DNA of 64,000 nucleotides from Cytophagales bacterium. Its GTDB lineage: Bacteria; Bacteroidota; Bacteroidia; Cytophagales; Cyclobacteriaceae. Made by a program: the position numbers and the translations under genes. This document shows, one piece after another, positions 51,094 to 61,219 of this stretch. Each line of letters opens with the position of its first letter. Position 1 is the stretch's first letter. Under the pieces are notes generated by a model, which was not told the DNA's origin, made no database searches, and saw nothing but the letters and a program-made list of their open reading frames with translations. Location: NCBI GenBank assembly GCA_038209145.1, contig JBBQXZ010000001.1:524-64523 (forward strand). Direction: 5' to 3'.

Positions 51094-51440
51094 TATACAA
51101 TTATATTTAGGGATACGGCAGCTATGAAAAGGCATAGCACCAAGAGGAACAAAGACGGCAATCTTTTGTTCCAAGGGTTATTTACTTTGGAGTGAAAATA
51201 CTGTGCGCTCAACATAAGGAGAGCCATCAAAAGTGCCGGAATAAGAACAAGCGGAGGAAACCAGATACCTGCTACAAGCAATGTTGCCAATGCAATTTTA
51301 GCTGAACCGACCATCGTGCGCATCAAATCACTCAAGCCATATTGGTTAAATTCTTTCACGATATTATCGAAACGAAATACCCATACAACGACAATAGAAA
51401 TAGCAACAATGAGCTGCGCGATTACAGATAAATTTTCCAT
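51093..51440 (-). CDS. DoxX-like small membrane protein
   Basis: VKEFNQYGL, KIALATLLVAGIW, LMLSAQYFH.KV. Confidence 0.82.
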   Translation of the reverse strand: MENLSVIAQLIVAISIVVVWVFRFDNIVKEFNQYGLSDLMRTMVGSAKIALATLLVAGIWFPPLVLIPALLMALLMLSAQYFHSKVNNPWNKRLPSLFLLVLCLFIAAVSLNIIV

Positions 51441-52081
51441 TTTATGTTATTTATTTCCTTACTCATGTGGCTTTTCAGGTTACGCCCCGTTTTTTTGAGT
51501 GGTTTCTGGTCTACACTTTTTAGTTATTTGGATGAATAACTTATACAATCCATTTAGGATTGTGAGCATTCTTCTTTCTGTCGTGTTGATTTGACGGCTT
51601 TGAGGAGGAAACAATTTCATCCAAATGTAAACGTTTTCCACTTTGAGTGAAGATTCACCATTGGTTTAGACCTGCGATACAGTACTTACCTGTTGGCTTA
51701 AATCTGGCAATTGTGTCTGCTACATCGTCTAATTATCTTATGCTGTCCCAATATACGAAATACTGTTTAGGTTTGCTTTTTATTTCGATCACCGCCATGG
51801 GATTCAATAGCGAAACCGAAGAAATCCGGAGTCAAATCTTAAAATTTTTACCTAACCGTTTAAGATTGCCGATAGCCAACGGTTTTCTGTTTGGCAACGT
51901 GGAAATCGCAGACAACAGATCTTCTGCCTGTTCCAAGTATCCGGAAATGTGATAGGCGAATCTATTCCCATTAGATTAATCCGGCGGGGACTTCTAATTA
52001 ATTTACGGCGGGGGTTTTGTCATTCTTCGTCATTTTTCGAGAGGGAAAAACTTGGTTGTCAGCCAGTGTTTCCTGAAGATC

Positions 52082-53000
52082 CTAATCACTTTGATGAAAC
52101 ACTTTCTTATCTCCGCTATCTATTTCGTCTCTCGGTTTTTCAAGCGGTAATGTAAAATAAAAAGAGGAACCCTCGCCCTCTATGTTTTCTACCCATATCT
52201 CGCCCCCATTTTTTACCAAAAAGCCTTTTACTAGCAGCAAACCTATACTTGCACCTTTATTTTCTTGCTATTGAAAGGGAATTAATCTGCGGGGTGAAAA
52301 GTTTGTCCTGTATTTCTTTGGACATCCCCATTCCGGTATCCTTAATCTCTATGATCATTTTACGCTCACTTATTTTTGCAGTTACCGTAATTTTTCCTTC
52401 TTTCTGGGAATGTTTTATGGCATTTGAAACAATATTTTGGAGTATTGAGATTAACATTTTTTCATCTGCGAAAACATTTGTGTTTTCTACAATTTCGTGA
52501 TGGAGGTTTACTGTATTTATTGAAGCGGTATCTTTTAAAGTATCAAATACTTTTTTGACATATTCAGAAAGCTTGATTTTTGTGGGGGTAAGCGCATCCG
52601 ACGCATATTTGATTCTTGCCCATTCCAGCAAATATTCTAACATATTCAATTCTTAAGTAGATTTTTTGTGTAGATGTTCAAGTAGTATTTTCGCTTCTTC
52701 TGCATCTATTTCCTCAAAATTTCATTTCAGGTGATGTGCTGTTGAAATAATACCTATTAGGGGGTTTCTCAAATCATGAGAAAGTATGGCGGGTATACTG
52801 TCTTTATGCGTGTTCAGTTCTTCAAGTTCCTTAATATGTTTTTTTATGGCTTCTTCTGAATTCCTTCTATCAGTTAAATCCCTTAGGATTTTGACATAGC
52901 CCAGCAGTTTTTCATCTATTCCTATAAGAGGAAAAACCAAACCATAAGCATAAAATTCGCTTCCGCCTTTGCGAATGTGCCACCTGTTATCTACAGCTCT
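52082..53000 (-). pseudogene. PAS-HisKA-HATPase sensor histidine kinase pseudogene (5'-truncated)
   Basis: One reading path: RAVDNRWHIRKGGSEF (PAC), LSHDLRNPL (H-box), TGA 52722-52724, TAA 52653-52655, QNIVSNAIK (N-box), DTGMG (G1), frameshift near 52260, then GASIGL and GGEIWVENIEGEGSSFYFTLP, ending TAG 52082-52084. Confidence 0.88.
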
Positions 53001-53137
53001 TTACCCATTTTCATCATTCAATAAATAACCTGCCAAAATACCTCCGGTCGGAAAAGCTAACACCATACACAAAACCAACCGTGACCATACCAACCCCTTA
53101 TGCCCTTTTGACCGATCCCCTCCTGCAACAACTAAGC

Positions 53138-53864
53138 CAAGACTACGACCAATATACCGATGAAGATTAGCGGGTCTGGAAGTTGCTCTTCGAGCGGCAA
53201 AACCAACATCTTCCACAATCCGCCTTGGAGGCATATATGCGGGGATTGGATTATATTGGGTTCAGTGCGGACTGCATCCCTGATTTTGGAGAGGTGGACC
53301 GAAAACTGGGTCAGACAACTGGGTGGTCCGTCCAGGTGGTCCCCGGGCTGATTGACGTCGACCTGTTTTTCGGTTTGCTCTACCACAGGCGTTTTCCCGC
53401 ATCAACGTGGTCGCAAAATGAATGCCCTAGACTACCTTCAGGAGCCGGATATGTTCCACGATGCCTTTGCCCACCTGCCATTGCTGACAAATGCAGCCTT
53501 TACGCATTTCCTGGAGGACTTGTCCGGGATTGCCCCGCGCTACCTAGAAAACCCCCTTGCCATAGAACTGCTTTAGCGCCTTTACTGGTTTACCGTGGAG
53601 CTTGGGCTGATCCGGGAAGAGGGCAAGCTCCGAGCCTAAGGATCAGGCATAATAAGCTCTGCCGGGGAGACGAAATTCAGCCTTTCCGATGAACCCAAGC
53701 ACCTTGACTACGAAGTCAGCATCATCCTCAACACCCCATACTGGAAAAACAAGTTTCAGGATAGGTACTTTGTTATTGACGGTTTTGAACAACTCTATAC
53801 CTCCGTCCCGAAGATTGAGCGGCAGTTGGAGCTTGAGCTGGCCATGTCATCGGACGAGGTTTGA
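53138..53864 (+). pseudogene. phhA: Phenylalanine 4-monooxygenase pseudogene
   Basis: QDYDQYTDED*RVWKLLFERQ (TAG 53168-53170), frameshift near 53411, EPDMFHDAFAHLPLL, TAG 53574-53576, RLYWFTVELGL, TAA 53637-53639, GSGIISSAGE, FQDRYFVI, TGA 53862-53864. Confidence 0.92.
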
Positions 53865-53991
53865 GACTTGGACCGTCTCGCATAAAGCAAATTTTAATTT
53901 AAATTCCTCAATCAACAAGCGAAAAACAGTAAATTAGCGGCCTGAATGGGTGAAGCCTGTGTGAAATACAGCTTTTCCAACGCACCAAACA

Positions 53992-54576
53992 ATGAATGTA
54001 GCCGTAATCAAATACAACGCCGGCAATGTACAGTCGGTCCTCTATGCCCTGGAAAGATTGGGGGCGACAGCCTCGCTGACAGATGACTGGGAAACTATTA
54101 AGCGTGCCGACAAGGTCATCTTTCCAGGCCAGGGAGAAGCCAGTACCGCCTTGGGTTATCTGAAAGCCCGGAAGCTTGATCAGCTGATCCAAGAACTCAA
54201 GCAACCTTTTTTGGGAATCTGCCTTGGATTGCAACTTCTTTGTGACTATTCGGAAGAGAACGACACGCCCTGCCTGGGCATATTTCCTGTGCGGGTGAAG
54301 AAATTCCCGGCTTTAGAGAAGGTTCCCCACATCGGATGGAACAACCTCGAAAACCTGCAATCGCCACTACTGAATGGCTTGGACGAGTCGGCCTATGTCT
54401 ATTACGTACACAGCTTTTACGCCGAGGTGCATCCCGAGTACACCATTGCCACGTCACATTATATGCTGGACTTCAGCGCCCTGCTGCATCGGGACAATTA
54501 CTACGCCATGCAGGCCCATCCCGAAAAGAGCAGCACTGCCGGGGAAAAAATACTGACTAACTTTCTGAACGTATAA
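53992..54576 (+). CDS. hisH: Imidazole glycerol phosphate synthase, glutaminase subunit
   Basis: YNAGNV, FPGQG, LGICLG, VPHIGWN, YYVHS, QAHPEKS. Confidence 0.96.
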   Translation: MNVAVIKYNAGNVQSVLYALERLGATASLTDDWETIKRADKVIFPGQGEASTALGYLKARKLDQLIQELKQPFLGICLGLQLLCDYSEENDTPCLGIFPVRVKKFPALEKVPHIGWNNLENLQSPLLNGLDESAYVYYVHSFYAEVHPEYTIATSHYMLDFSALLHRDNYYAMQAHPEKSSTAGEKILTNFLNV

Positions 54577-54579
54577 GCC

Positions 54580-55299
54580 ATGGAAATCATCCCGGCCATA
54601 GATATTATCGGTGGAGCCTGTGTGCGCCTAACCCAGGGAGATTACTCCCAAAAGAAATCCTATTCCGAAGATCCTTTGGCGGTGGCCAAATCCTTTGAGG
54701 AAGCGGGAATCCGCAGGCTGCATCTGGTGGATTTGGATGGCGCCAGGCAAAAGCAGATCGTAAACGGGGATGTACTGCGGCGAATTGCAGCAGAAACAGA
54801 CCTTTGGGTGGATTTTGGTGGGGGAATTCAATCTGACGATTCCTTGGAAATGGCCTTTTCCCTCGGTGCCAAGCAGGTGACAGGTGGAAGCATTGCCGTT
54901 AAAAATCCCCTTCTCTTTGACAGTTGGCTGCAAACCCACGGAGGAGAAAAGATCATCTTGGGGGCTGATGCCAAAGACCGGATGATTGCGATCTCGGGCT
55001 GGGAAGAAACTACCGAAAAAGAGGTGATAGCCTTTATTGAGGCTTATCGGAAACAGGGAGCCCGTTATGTAATCTGTACAGACGTGGCCAAGGACGGATT
55101 GCTTCAGGGACCTTCCTTGGATCTATATCGGGAAATCATGCAGGAGGTACCCGAAATCCAGCTGATAGCCAGTGGGGGCGTGTCTTCTATGTCTGATCTG
55201 GAAGCCTTGGAAAAGTTGGGGGTATTTGGCACCATCGTGGGCAAGGCCTTCTACGAAGGGAGAGTAAGCTTGGCCGACTTGGCAAGTTTTGTAAGTTAA
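54580..55299 (+). CDS. hisA: ProFAR isomerase
   Basis: IIPAIDI.GG.CVRL.QGDY, LHLVDLDGA, GGGI, TDVAKDG. Confidence 0.96.
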   Translation: MEIIPAIDIIGGACVRLTQGDYSQKKSYSEDPLAVAKSFEEAGIRRLHLVDLDGARQKQIVNGDVLRRIAAETDLWVDFGGGIQSDDSLEMAFSLGAKQVTGGSIAVKNPLLFDSWLQTHGGEKIILGADAKDRMIAISGWEETTEKEVIAFIEAYRKQGARYVICTDVAKDGLLQGPSLDLYREIMQEVPEIQLIASGGVSSMSDLEALEKLGVFGTIVGKAFYEGRVSLADLASFVS

Positions 55300-55336
55300 G
55301 CAAGGAAAGGCCGATGGCCCATATAGATAGCGAATT

Positions 55337-56092
55337 ATGCTGACAAAGAGAATTATTCCCTGTCTGGACATCAAAGACGGACGTACTGTCAAAGGGGTGA
55401 ACTTTGTGGAACTCCGGGATGCCGGGGATCCGGTGCAGTTGGGAAGCATCTATGCCCTGGAAGGAGCGGATGAACTGGTTTTTCTGGACATCACCGCTAC
55501 AGTGGAAAAAAGAAAAACACTGGTAGAACTGGTTACCAAGATTGCGAAAACGATCAACATACCCTTCACCGTAGGAGGCGGGATCTCCACAGTGGAAGAC
55601 GTGAAGGCCTTGCTAAATGCCGGAGCGGATAAGATCAGTATCAATTCCTCAGCGGTTAAAAACCCATCCATTTTAAATGAGATGGCCAGGGAATTTGGCA
55701 GTCAGTGCATCGTGGTGGCGATAGACACCAAATATGTGGACGGGGTGGATTTGGTACACACGCACGGAGGCCGTCGGCCCACCGCCCTTGTGACCCAGCG
55801 CTGGGCACAGGAGGTCTGCGACCGGGGTGCTGGAGAAATACTGCTCACTTCCATGGACCACGACGGAGTCAAATCCGGCTTTGCCAACGGTATCACTTCG
55901 GAGATCTCTTCCCTGCTTTCCATTCCTATTATAGCCTCCGGCGGGGCGGGGAGCATGTCCCATTTTAAGGATGTATTTACCGTGGGAAAGGCAGACGCGG
56001 CTTTGGCGGCAAGTATTTTTCATTTCAAAGAAATCCCTATACCCGACTTGAAAAAATACCTGAACAGAGAAGGCGTTGCCGTTCGGCTCTAA
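55337..56092 (+). CDS. hisF: Imidazole glycerol phosphate synthase, cyclase subunit
   Basis: [40 protein letters not shown]. Confidence 0.97.
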   Translation: MLTKRIIPCLDIKDGRTVKGVNFVELRDAGDPVQLGSIYALEGADELVFLDITATVEKRKTLVELVTKIAKTINIPFTVGGGISTVEDVKALLNAGADKISINSSAVKNPSILNEMAREFGSQCIVVAIDTKYVDGVDLVHTHGGRRPTALVTQRWAQEVCDRGAGEILLTSMDHDGVKSGFANGITSEISSLLSIPIIASGGAGSMSHFKDVFTVGKADAALAASIFHFKEIPIPDLKKYLNREGVAVRL

Positions 56093-56157
56093 GCAGGCTG
56101 AATGATAACTTTCGGACTTTTATAACTAGTCCTCCATACCTGAAAACTCAAACGCTC

Positions 56158-56772
56158 ATGGCACGAAGAATACTGAATATAGATTTTGAAAAAGCAGATG
56201 GGTTGGTTCCAGCCATCATTCAGGACGCCGCTACCAAGCAGGTCCTGATGTTGGGTTATATGAATCAGGAGGCCCTGGCGCATTCAAAGGCCACCGGCAA
56301 AGTTACCTTCTTTAGCCGATCCAAGCAGCGTCTTTGGACCAAGGGGGAAACTTCCGGAAATTTCTTGCATATCAATGACATGCAGGTGGACTGTGACGGT
56401 GACACGCTGCTCGTTTATGTTAATCCCGCAGGTCCGGTATGCCACACCGGCGATGACACCTGCTTTGCGGATACCAATCAATCTAAAACGTACTTTATCG
56501 ACCGATTAAGGAGAGTGATCAAGGACCGCAAAAACAACCCTTCCGATACCTCCTATACAGCTTCTCTCTTTGCCAAAGGCATTAACAAAGTAGCTCAGAA
56601 AGTAGGGGAGGAAGCGGTTGAAATTGTGATTGAAGCCAAGGACGACAACAAAGAACTCTTTATGGGAGAAGCCGCCGACCTGCTGTATCATTACTTGGTG
56701 CTACTTGAAGCAAAAGGGTATGAGTTGGACGAGGTCATGCAGGTGCTGATCGAACGGCACAAGAAAAACTAA
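56158..56772 (+). CDS. hisIE: Bifunctional PRA-CH/PRA-PH
   Basis: SRSKQRLWTKGETSGN, DCDGD, CHTG..TCF, KVGEEAVE, EAADLLYH. Confidence 0.96.
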   Translation: MARRILNIDFEKADGLVPAIIQDAATKQVLMLGYMNQEALAHSKATGKVTFFSRSKQRLWTKGETSGNFLHINDMQVDCDGDTLLVYVNPAGPVCHTGDDTCFADTNQSKTYFIDRLRRVIKDRKNNPSDTSYTASLFAKGINKVAQKVGEEAVEIVIEAKDDNKELFMGEAADLLYHYLVLLEAKGYELDEVMQVLIERHKKN

Positions 56773-56785
56773 ATCTTTATTTTTC

Positions 56786-57193
56786 GTGGAACTCCTCTTT
56801 GTTTATGGTACCCTCCTTTCCAGCATCAATCATCCTGTTGGGGAAAACCTTCGACTTAAAGCTTGCTATAGAGACAAAGGATGGGCTTATGGAAAGTTGT
56901 ATGATATCGGAGAATATCCGGGATTTGTACCCCAAGCTGAGAAAGGCTTGACGGTGGTTGGTGAAGTCTATGACTTGCGGCTTTGTCCGGATTTATGGGC
57001 TGCGCTTGATGCGTATGAGGGGGTCGGAGAATCGGATATGGAGACTGCTGAATATTCTCGCCAAAAAATTAGCGTAGTTACCATAAAAGGTACATTGACC
57101 TGCTGGACCTATGTATATCAAGAAACTGTCGAACACCTTTCGCCAATCAGGGATGGGGACTACCCGGCCTATTTTTTAGCCAAGAATCAATAG
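56786..57193 (+). CDS. Gamma-glutamylcyclotransferase (GGCT/AIG2-like) family protein
   Basis: LFVYGTL, VVGEVY, LDAYEG, CWTYVY. Confidence 0.88.
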   Translation: MELLFVYGTLLSSINHPVGENLRLKACYRDKGWAYGKLYDIGEYPGFVPQAEKGLTVVGEVYDLRLCPDLWAALDAYEGVGESDMETAEYSRQKISVVTIKGTLTCWTYVYQETVEHLSPIRDGDYPAYFLAKNQ

Positions 57194-57278
57194 GTTTTTT
57201 TGTGCCTGTTTTGTTTACTTCGTGGTTAACATAAATCTTGATACAATCTTTTTTCACCAAATTCTGAAAGAACTCTTA

Positions 57279-58613
57279 TTAATACACCGGAAACTCCTTT
57301 TCCAAGCCTTCAAAATTGTCAATCATGTCCCAACCGTGATCGATGTATTGCCGTCTGACAGTAGGAGACAGGGAGCCGAATTGCAGGTAATTTAATGCTG
57401 CCCGAAGCCTACTTTCATCAGGGTCTCCCCAGTTGCGGGAGATGTCATCATTTACCAGGATGTCAACAGGGAATCCATCGTAGTATTCCGCTTTTCCATT
57501 GGCATTGGCTATGGCGAAGGTAATGGGTACCAGTTCCACATCATTGGTAGAAAGTGCCGTATTGTAGCGGGAAAGTGGAAAGGAACCCACCGGTTTGCCA
57601 TACGTATTTGCGCCAACCAAGGCAATATCCATGTAGGGTTCCAAACAGTTGATGATTAACTCACTCGCGGATGCAGAACCCCGTGAGGTGATAAACACAA
57701 TCTTGCCAATCTCCAGGTTTCCTCTTTTGCCAAAGTTCAGGGACTCGTTCAGGTTCGATTTGTCGCTATTCAGTGCGTTGGTATACATAAGCTTGCCGGA
57801 ATGCACACTCGGTATGAGCGCATTCATCAGTTGTTCTGCTACGTCTACAGATCCGCCTCCATTGTACCTCAGGTCTAGAATCAATTCCTTTATATTTCCT
57901 TCTTCGAAAAATTTGAGGGCCTCATCTACCTCCAGACTTTTAGTGGGCGTTTGACCTCGCGTGGCTTGAAAGCCGTTGTAAGCCCAATAACCTACATTCT
58001 TTCCGTCAATGTTGAAGATCTCGGTATGCAAAACGGAATTGGACTGGTAATCCGCCTTGGCCAAGGAACGGGTGGTGGTACTCCCGTTGGGAAGTCGCAG
58101 CGTAAAACTATTTTGAATCCCGGGAGTATTTGCCCCCAGCTGAAAGTTATATCCATTTCCTACACGGTATTCAGATACTGGTCTTCCATTTACACTTATT
58201 ATTTCCCAGCCCCGCTGCCATCCGTCCTTGCCAGCAGGGGCTTCCTTATAGACAAAAGAGAGGTATAGGTTTCCGTTTTCCCCAATGCCGAAGCCAAAAC
58301 CATAGCCGGCATTTTGTCCTGTAAAAGACCTGTCAAATGCCTCCCTGTTGGTTAAGTATGACCAGCGGTCAAGGGGTTCAAAAATCAAACTTGAAAGTAA
58401 TTCGTTATAGGTAGGAAAACTCGTCACATCCATATTTTCCGGAATCTGGGAATTCCAAAAATACCATTCCTTCATGGTCTGGTAAATGGCTTGTTTGATA
58501 TTGTTTTCAGTATTGACAGGGACTTCCTCATCGGGATAGCAAGAAAAAGTACCGCCTACTATCAAACCCAAAACCAAAAACATTGACAACCGCTTGTAAT
58601 TCATATTTTCCAC
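57279..58613 (-). CDS. S41 family peptidase, PDZ-containing lipoprotein
   Basis: Lipobox TFS-C, YWYFWN-like TMKEWYFW, LILDLRYNGGG, SASASE, GANTYGK. Confidence 0.9.
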   Translation of the reverse strand: MENMNYKRLSMFLVLGLIVGGTFSCYPDEEVPVNTENNIKQAIYQTMKEWYFWNSQIPENMDVTSFPTYNELLSSLIFEPLDRWSYLTNREAFDRSFTGQNAGYGFGFGIGENGNLYLSFVYKEAPAGKDGWQRGWEIISVNGRPVSEYRVGNGYNFQLGANTPGIQNSFTLRLPNGSTTTRSLAKADYQSNSVLHTEIFNIDGKNVGYWAYNGFQATRGQTPTKSLEVDEALKFFEEGNIKELILDLRYNGGGSVDVAEQLMNALIPSVHSGKLMYTNALNSDKSNLNESLNFGKRGNLEIGKIVFITSRGSASASELIINCLEPYMDIALVGANTYGKPVGSFPLSRYNTALSTNDVELVPITFAIANANGKAEYYDGFPVDILVNDDISRNWGDPDESRLRAALNYLQFGSLSPTVRRQYIDHGWDMIDNFEGLEKEFPVY

Positions 58614-58797
58614 TTATTTTAACTTTGGTTATAAACGTAAAACCCCATGAGTTTGGTTTTTATTTTAACGAAAAATTACCTGTTTTTTTTGAATTAAATA
58701 TCTTCGATAATTTTCATAAATAAATTAATCAATCCAATTGATAAACCTCTTGATACTTTCTTTTGTTATGCTCTCAATGAAATGATCAAAACAACTC

Positions 58798-59454
58798 ATG
58801 ACAGAAAACATAGAAAATCAAATCGATTATAGGGAAGCCATCATTCAGGGCTATGTCGAACATATGCTGGAACACGGTAGGCAACCGGCTTCGGTATTTA
58901 AATTTGCCAAATCGCTCAACATGAAGGAAGAGGAGTTTTACAACTACTTCACTTCGTTTGAGGCTATCAAATCTGCTGTTTGGGAGATGATTTTTGCGAA
59001 AACTGTCGCCGAACTGGAAGGGCAAGAGGTATATCCCTCTTATACATCGCGAGAGAAGTTACTGGGATTTTTCTTCACCTGGATAGAGAATTTGAAAAAG
59101 AATCGGTCTTACCTGTTGAGCCTTTATGGCGGGCAATCGGATTTGAAGCATCCATTACCTCAGGAAATGAAATCCTTCAAGTCAAAATTTAAGGATTTTG
59201 TGAATGAAATAATTTTGGAAGGAAAAGAAACGGAGGAAATCGCAAATCGCCCTTATCTCAGCGACCGCTATGACGAAGCAATCTGGCTACAAGGTATGTT
59301 TGTTTTCCAATTCTGGATCAAAGATACCTCACCAGGTTTTGAGAAAACTGATGCGGCCATAGAAAAATCGGTGAATTTTGCTTTCGACCTCATGGGAAAA
59401 AGTGCTGTTGACAGTTTCGTGGATTTCGCCAAATTTTTATACCAATCTAAATAA
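58798..59454 (+). CDS. TetR-like transcriptional regulator
   Basis: N-terminal HTH-like SVFKFAKSLNMKEEEFYNYF; C-terminal FWIKDTSPGFEKTDAAIEKSV. Confidence 0.75.
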   Translation: MTENIENQIDYREAIIQGYVEHMLEHGRQPASVFKFAKSLNMKEEEFYNYFTSFEAIKSAVWEMIFAKTVAELEGQEVYPSYTSREKLLGFFFTWIENLKKNRSYLLSLYGGQSDLKHPLPQEMKSFKSKFKDFVNEIILEGKETEEIANRPYLSDRYDEAIWLQGMFVFQFWIKDTSPGFEKTDAAIEKSVNFAFDLMGKSAVDSFVDFAKFLYQSK

Positions 59455-59457
59455 TCA

Positions 59458-60777
59458 ATGGCAAATAATATCAAGGAACAAACCAGTATACCAGTTTCCA
59501 AAGTACAGCGTGCGGCTAAGTTTATCCAAACTGGTGCAAGGGTAGGAGGTAACTACATGAAGCATTATGCACAAAAGGTAGTCAACCCTTCCATGACCAA
59601 GGAGCAGTTGCACCTGGACAATGCCACGGATATTTATGATTCGCTAAGTGAGTTAAAAGGCAGTGCTTTGAAAGTAGCCCAGATGATGGCGATGGACAAA
59701 AACATGCTTCCCAGGGCCTATCAGGATAAATTTACAATGGCCCAATACAGTGCCCCGCCGCTTTCTTATCCGTTGGTAGTCAAGACGTTTAAGCAATATT
59801 TTGGTGAATCTCCGGAAGGTATATTCGATACATTTACTCCCTCTGCCGTAAATGCCGCCTCTATTGGGCAGGTACATCAAGCAACGAAAGATGGTAAAAC
59901 ATATGCCGTCAAAATCCAATATCCGGGAGTAGCATCCAGTGTGAGTTCGGATTTAAATCTCGTGAAGCCTTTTGCCCGCCGCTTGTTGAACATGAACGAG
60001 CGTGAACTGGAACATTACATGGATGAGGTGGAGGAAAAACTGCTGGAAGAGACCAATTACGATCTGGAAATAAATAGGGGAACGGAAATAGCCAAAGCCT
60101 GTGGACATATCGAAAATTTGACCTTTCCTATTTATTACAAAGACCTCAGTAGTCCACGAATCATAACCATGGACTGGATGCAGGGTTTGCATATTCGGGA
60201 ATGGTTAATGACAAATCCTTCCCAAGAATTTAAAAATAAAATTGGTCAGGCCATGTGGGATTTCTATCACTATCAAGTGCATGAACTTCTTAAGGTACAT
60301 GCGGATCCCCATCCGGGTAATTTTATTATCCAAGAAAATGAAAAGCTTGCTGTGATTGATTTTGGATGTGTCAAAGTGATTCCTGAGGATTTCTACAAGG
60401 GGTACTTTGCCTTGATCAAAAAAGACTTGTTTATCAAACAGGAGGAACTGGACAAGATATTCTTCGACCTGGAATTTATCAGTGTGAAAGATACCCCGGC
60501 CGAGCAGGAATATTTCAAGGCGATTTTCAGGGAAATGATTTCACTCCTTGGGAGACCATTTCATGTCGAAGAGTTTGACTTTTCGGATGACAGTTATTTC
60601 CAGCAAATCTTCAAGCTGGGCGATCGCATTTCAAATGACAAAATGTTCCGCAAATCAAAGCTTGCGCGAGGCTCACGTCATGGATTATACATTAACCGCA
60701 CCTATTTTGGTCTCTACAACCTGCTAAATCAGTTGCAGGCAAATATCACTACAACAAAACCTGATTGGTTGAAATAA
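59458..60777 (+). CDS. ABC1/UbiB/AarF family atypical kinase
   Basis: KGSALKVAQ, AASIGQVH, VKIQYPG, HADPHPGN, IDFGC. Confidence 0.93.
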   Translation: MANNIKEQTSIPVSKVQRAAKFIQTGARVGGNYMKHYAQKVVNPSMTKEQLHLDNATDIYDSLSELKGSALKVAQMMAMDKNMLPRAYQDKFTMAQYSAPPLSYPLVVKTFKQYFGESPEGIFDTFTPSAVNAASIGQVHQATKDGKTYAVKIQYPGVASSVSSDLNLVKPFARRLLNMNERELEHYMDEVEEKLLEETNYDLEINRGTEIAKACGHIENLTFPIYYKDLSSPRIITMDWMQGLHIREWLMTNPSQEFKNKIGQAMWDFYHYQVHELLKVHADPHPGNFIIQENEKLAVIDFGCVKVIPEDFYKGYFALIKKDLFIKQEELDKIFFDLEFISVKDTPAEQEYFKAIFREMISLLGRPFHVEEFDFSDDSYFQQIFKLGDRISNDKMFRKSKLARGSRHGLYINRTYFGLYNLLNQLQANITTTKPDWLK

Positions 60778-60886
60778 ACCAGTTTCAGTTGGTTTACAGC
60801 TATTTGGCCCTTTTTCTGTCCTTGAAGGTTTAGAAAAAGGGTTTTTTTATTATCAACCTCTGAGCTTCTTTTTGGTAAAATTAGGG

Positions 60887-61118
60887 CCACAAAAGTCACA
60901 GCGTAAACACAAAGTTCACAAAGAATTTTGGGAAAAATCTTAGTTTTCAACTTGGTCCTTGAGCCTCCTTAATTATGGAAGGTTCATAGAGAGAAGTAAT
61001 TAAAACTATGTGTCCCCTGTAGTCCTCCTTTTTTGAAAGACAATAAAAACCACAAAGAAAACATAAAGTTTACAAAAAAATTTTGGGGGAAGGCTTTGTT
61101 TTTTCCGCGGACACAAAG
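60887..61118. repeat. Degenerate CACAAAG repeats and a ~28-bp imperfect direct repeat
   Basis: CACAAAG at 60908, 60917, 61051 and 61112; AAACACAAAGTTCACAAAGAATTTTGGG (60905-60932) versus AAACATAAAGTTTACAAAAAAATTTTGGG (61059-61087). Confidence 0.55.
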
Positions 61119-61219
61119 GATACGAAGCAAAAAAGGGCGGAATGTTCTTTTAAGACTATTAATAAAAATCTTTTATTTTAACCATTATATGCTTATTATC
61201 GTGTTAAAATTTGATTTAC

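Noticed and set aside
51500-52080. ORFs 51647-51952 and 51949-52155, and a stop-interrupted minus frame containing AVIEIKS (nuclease-like)
   Set aside because: No coherent family motif. It may be decayed sequence, but I cannot assign it without a database search.
53001-53234. 77-aa minus-strand ORF with a hydrophobic end
   Set aside because: Its 5' half is antisense to the phhA remnant, so it is most likely a chance frame across the junction.
58798-60777. TetR plus ABC1/UbiB kinase as part of the monooxygenase-like system (quinone link)
   Set aside because: They are separated by about 440 bp with repeats and a weak hairpin at 60774-60797, and there is no sequence evidence of co-transcription. 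Only a synteny survey could support it.
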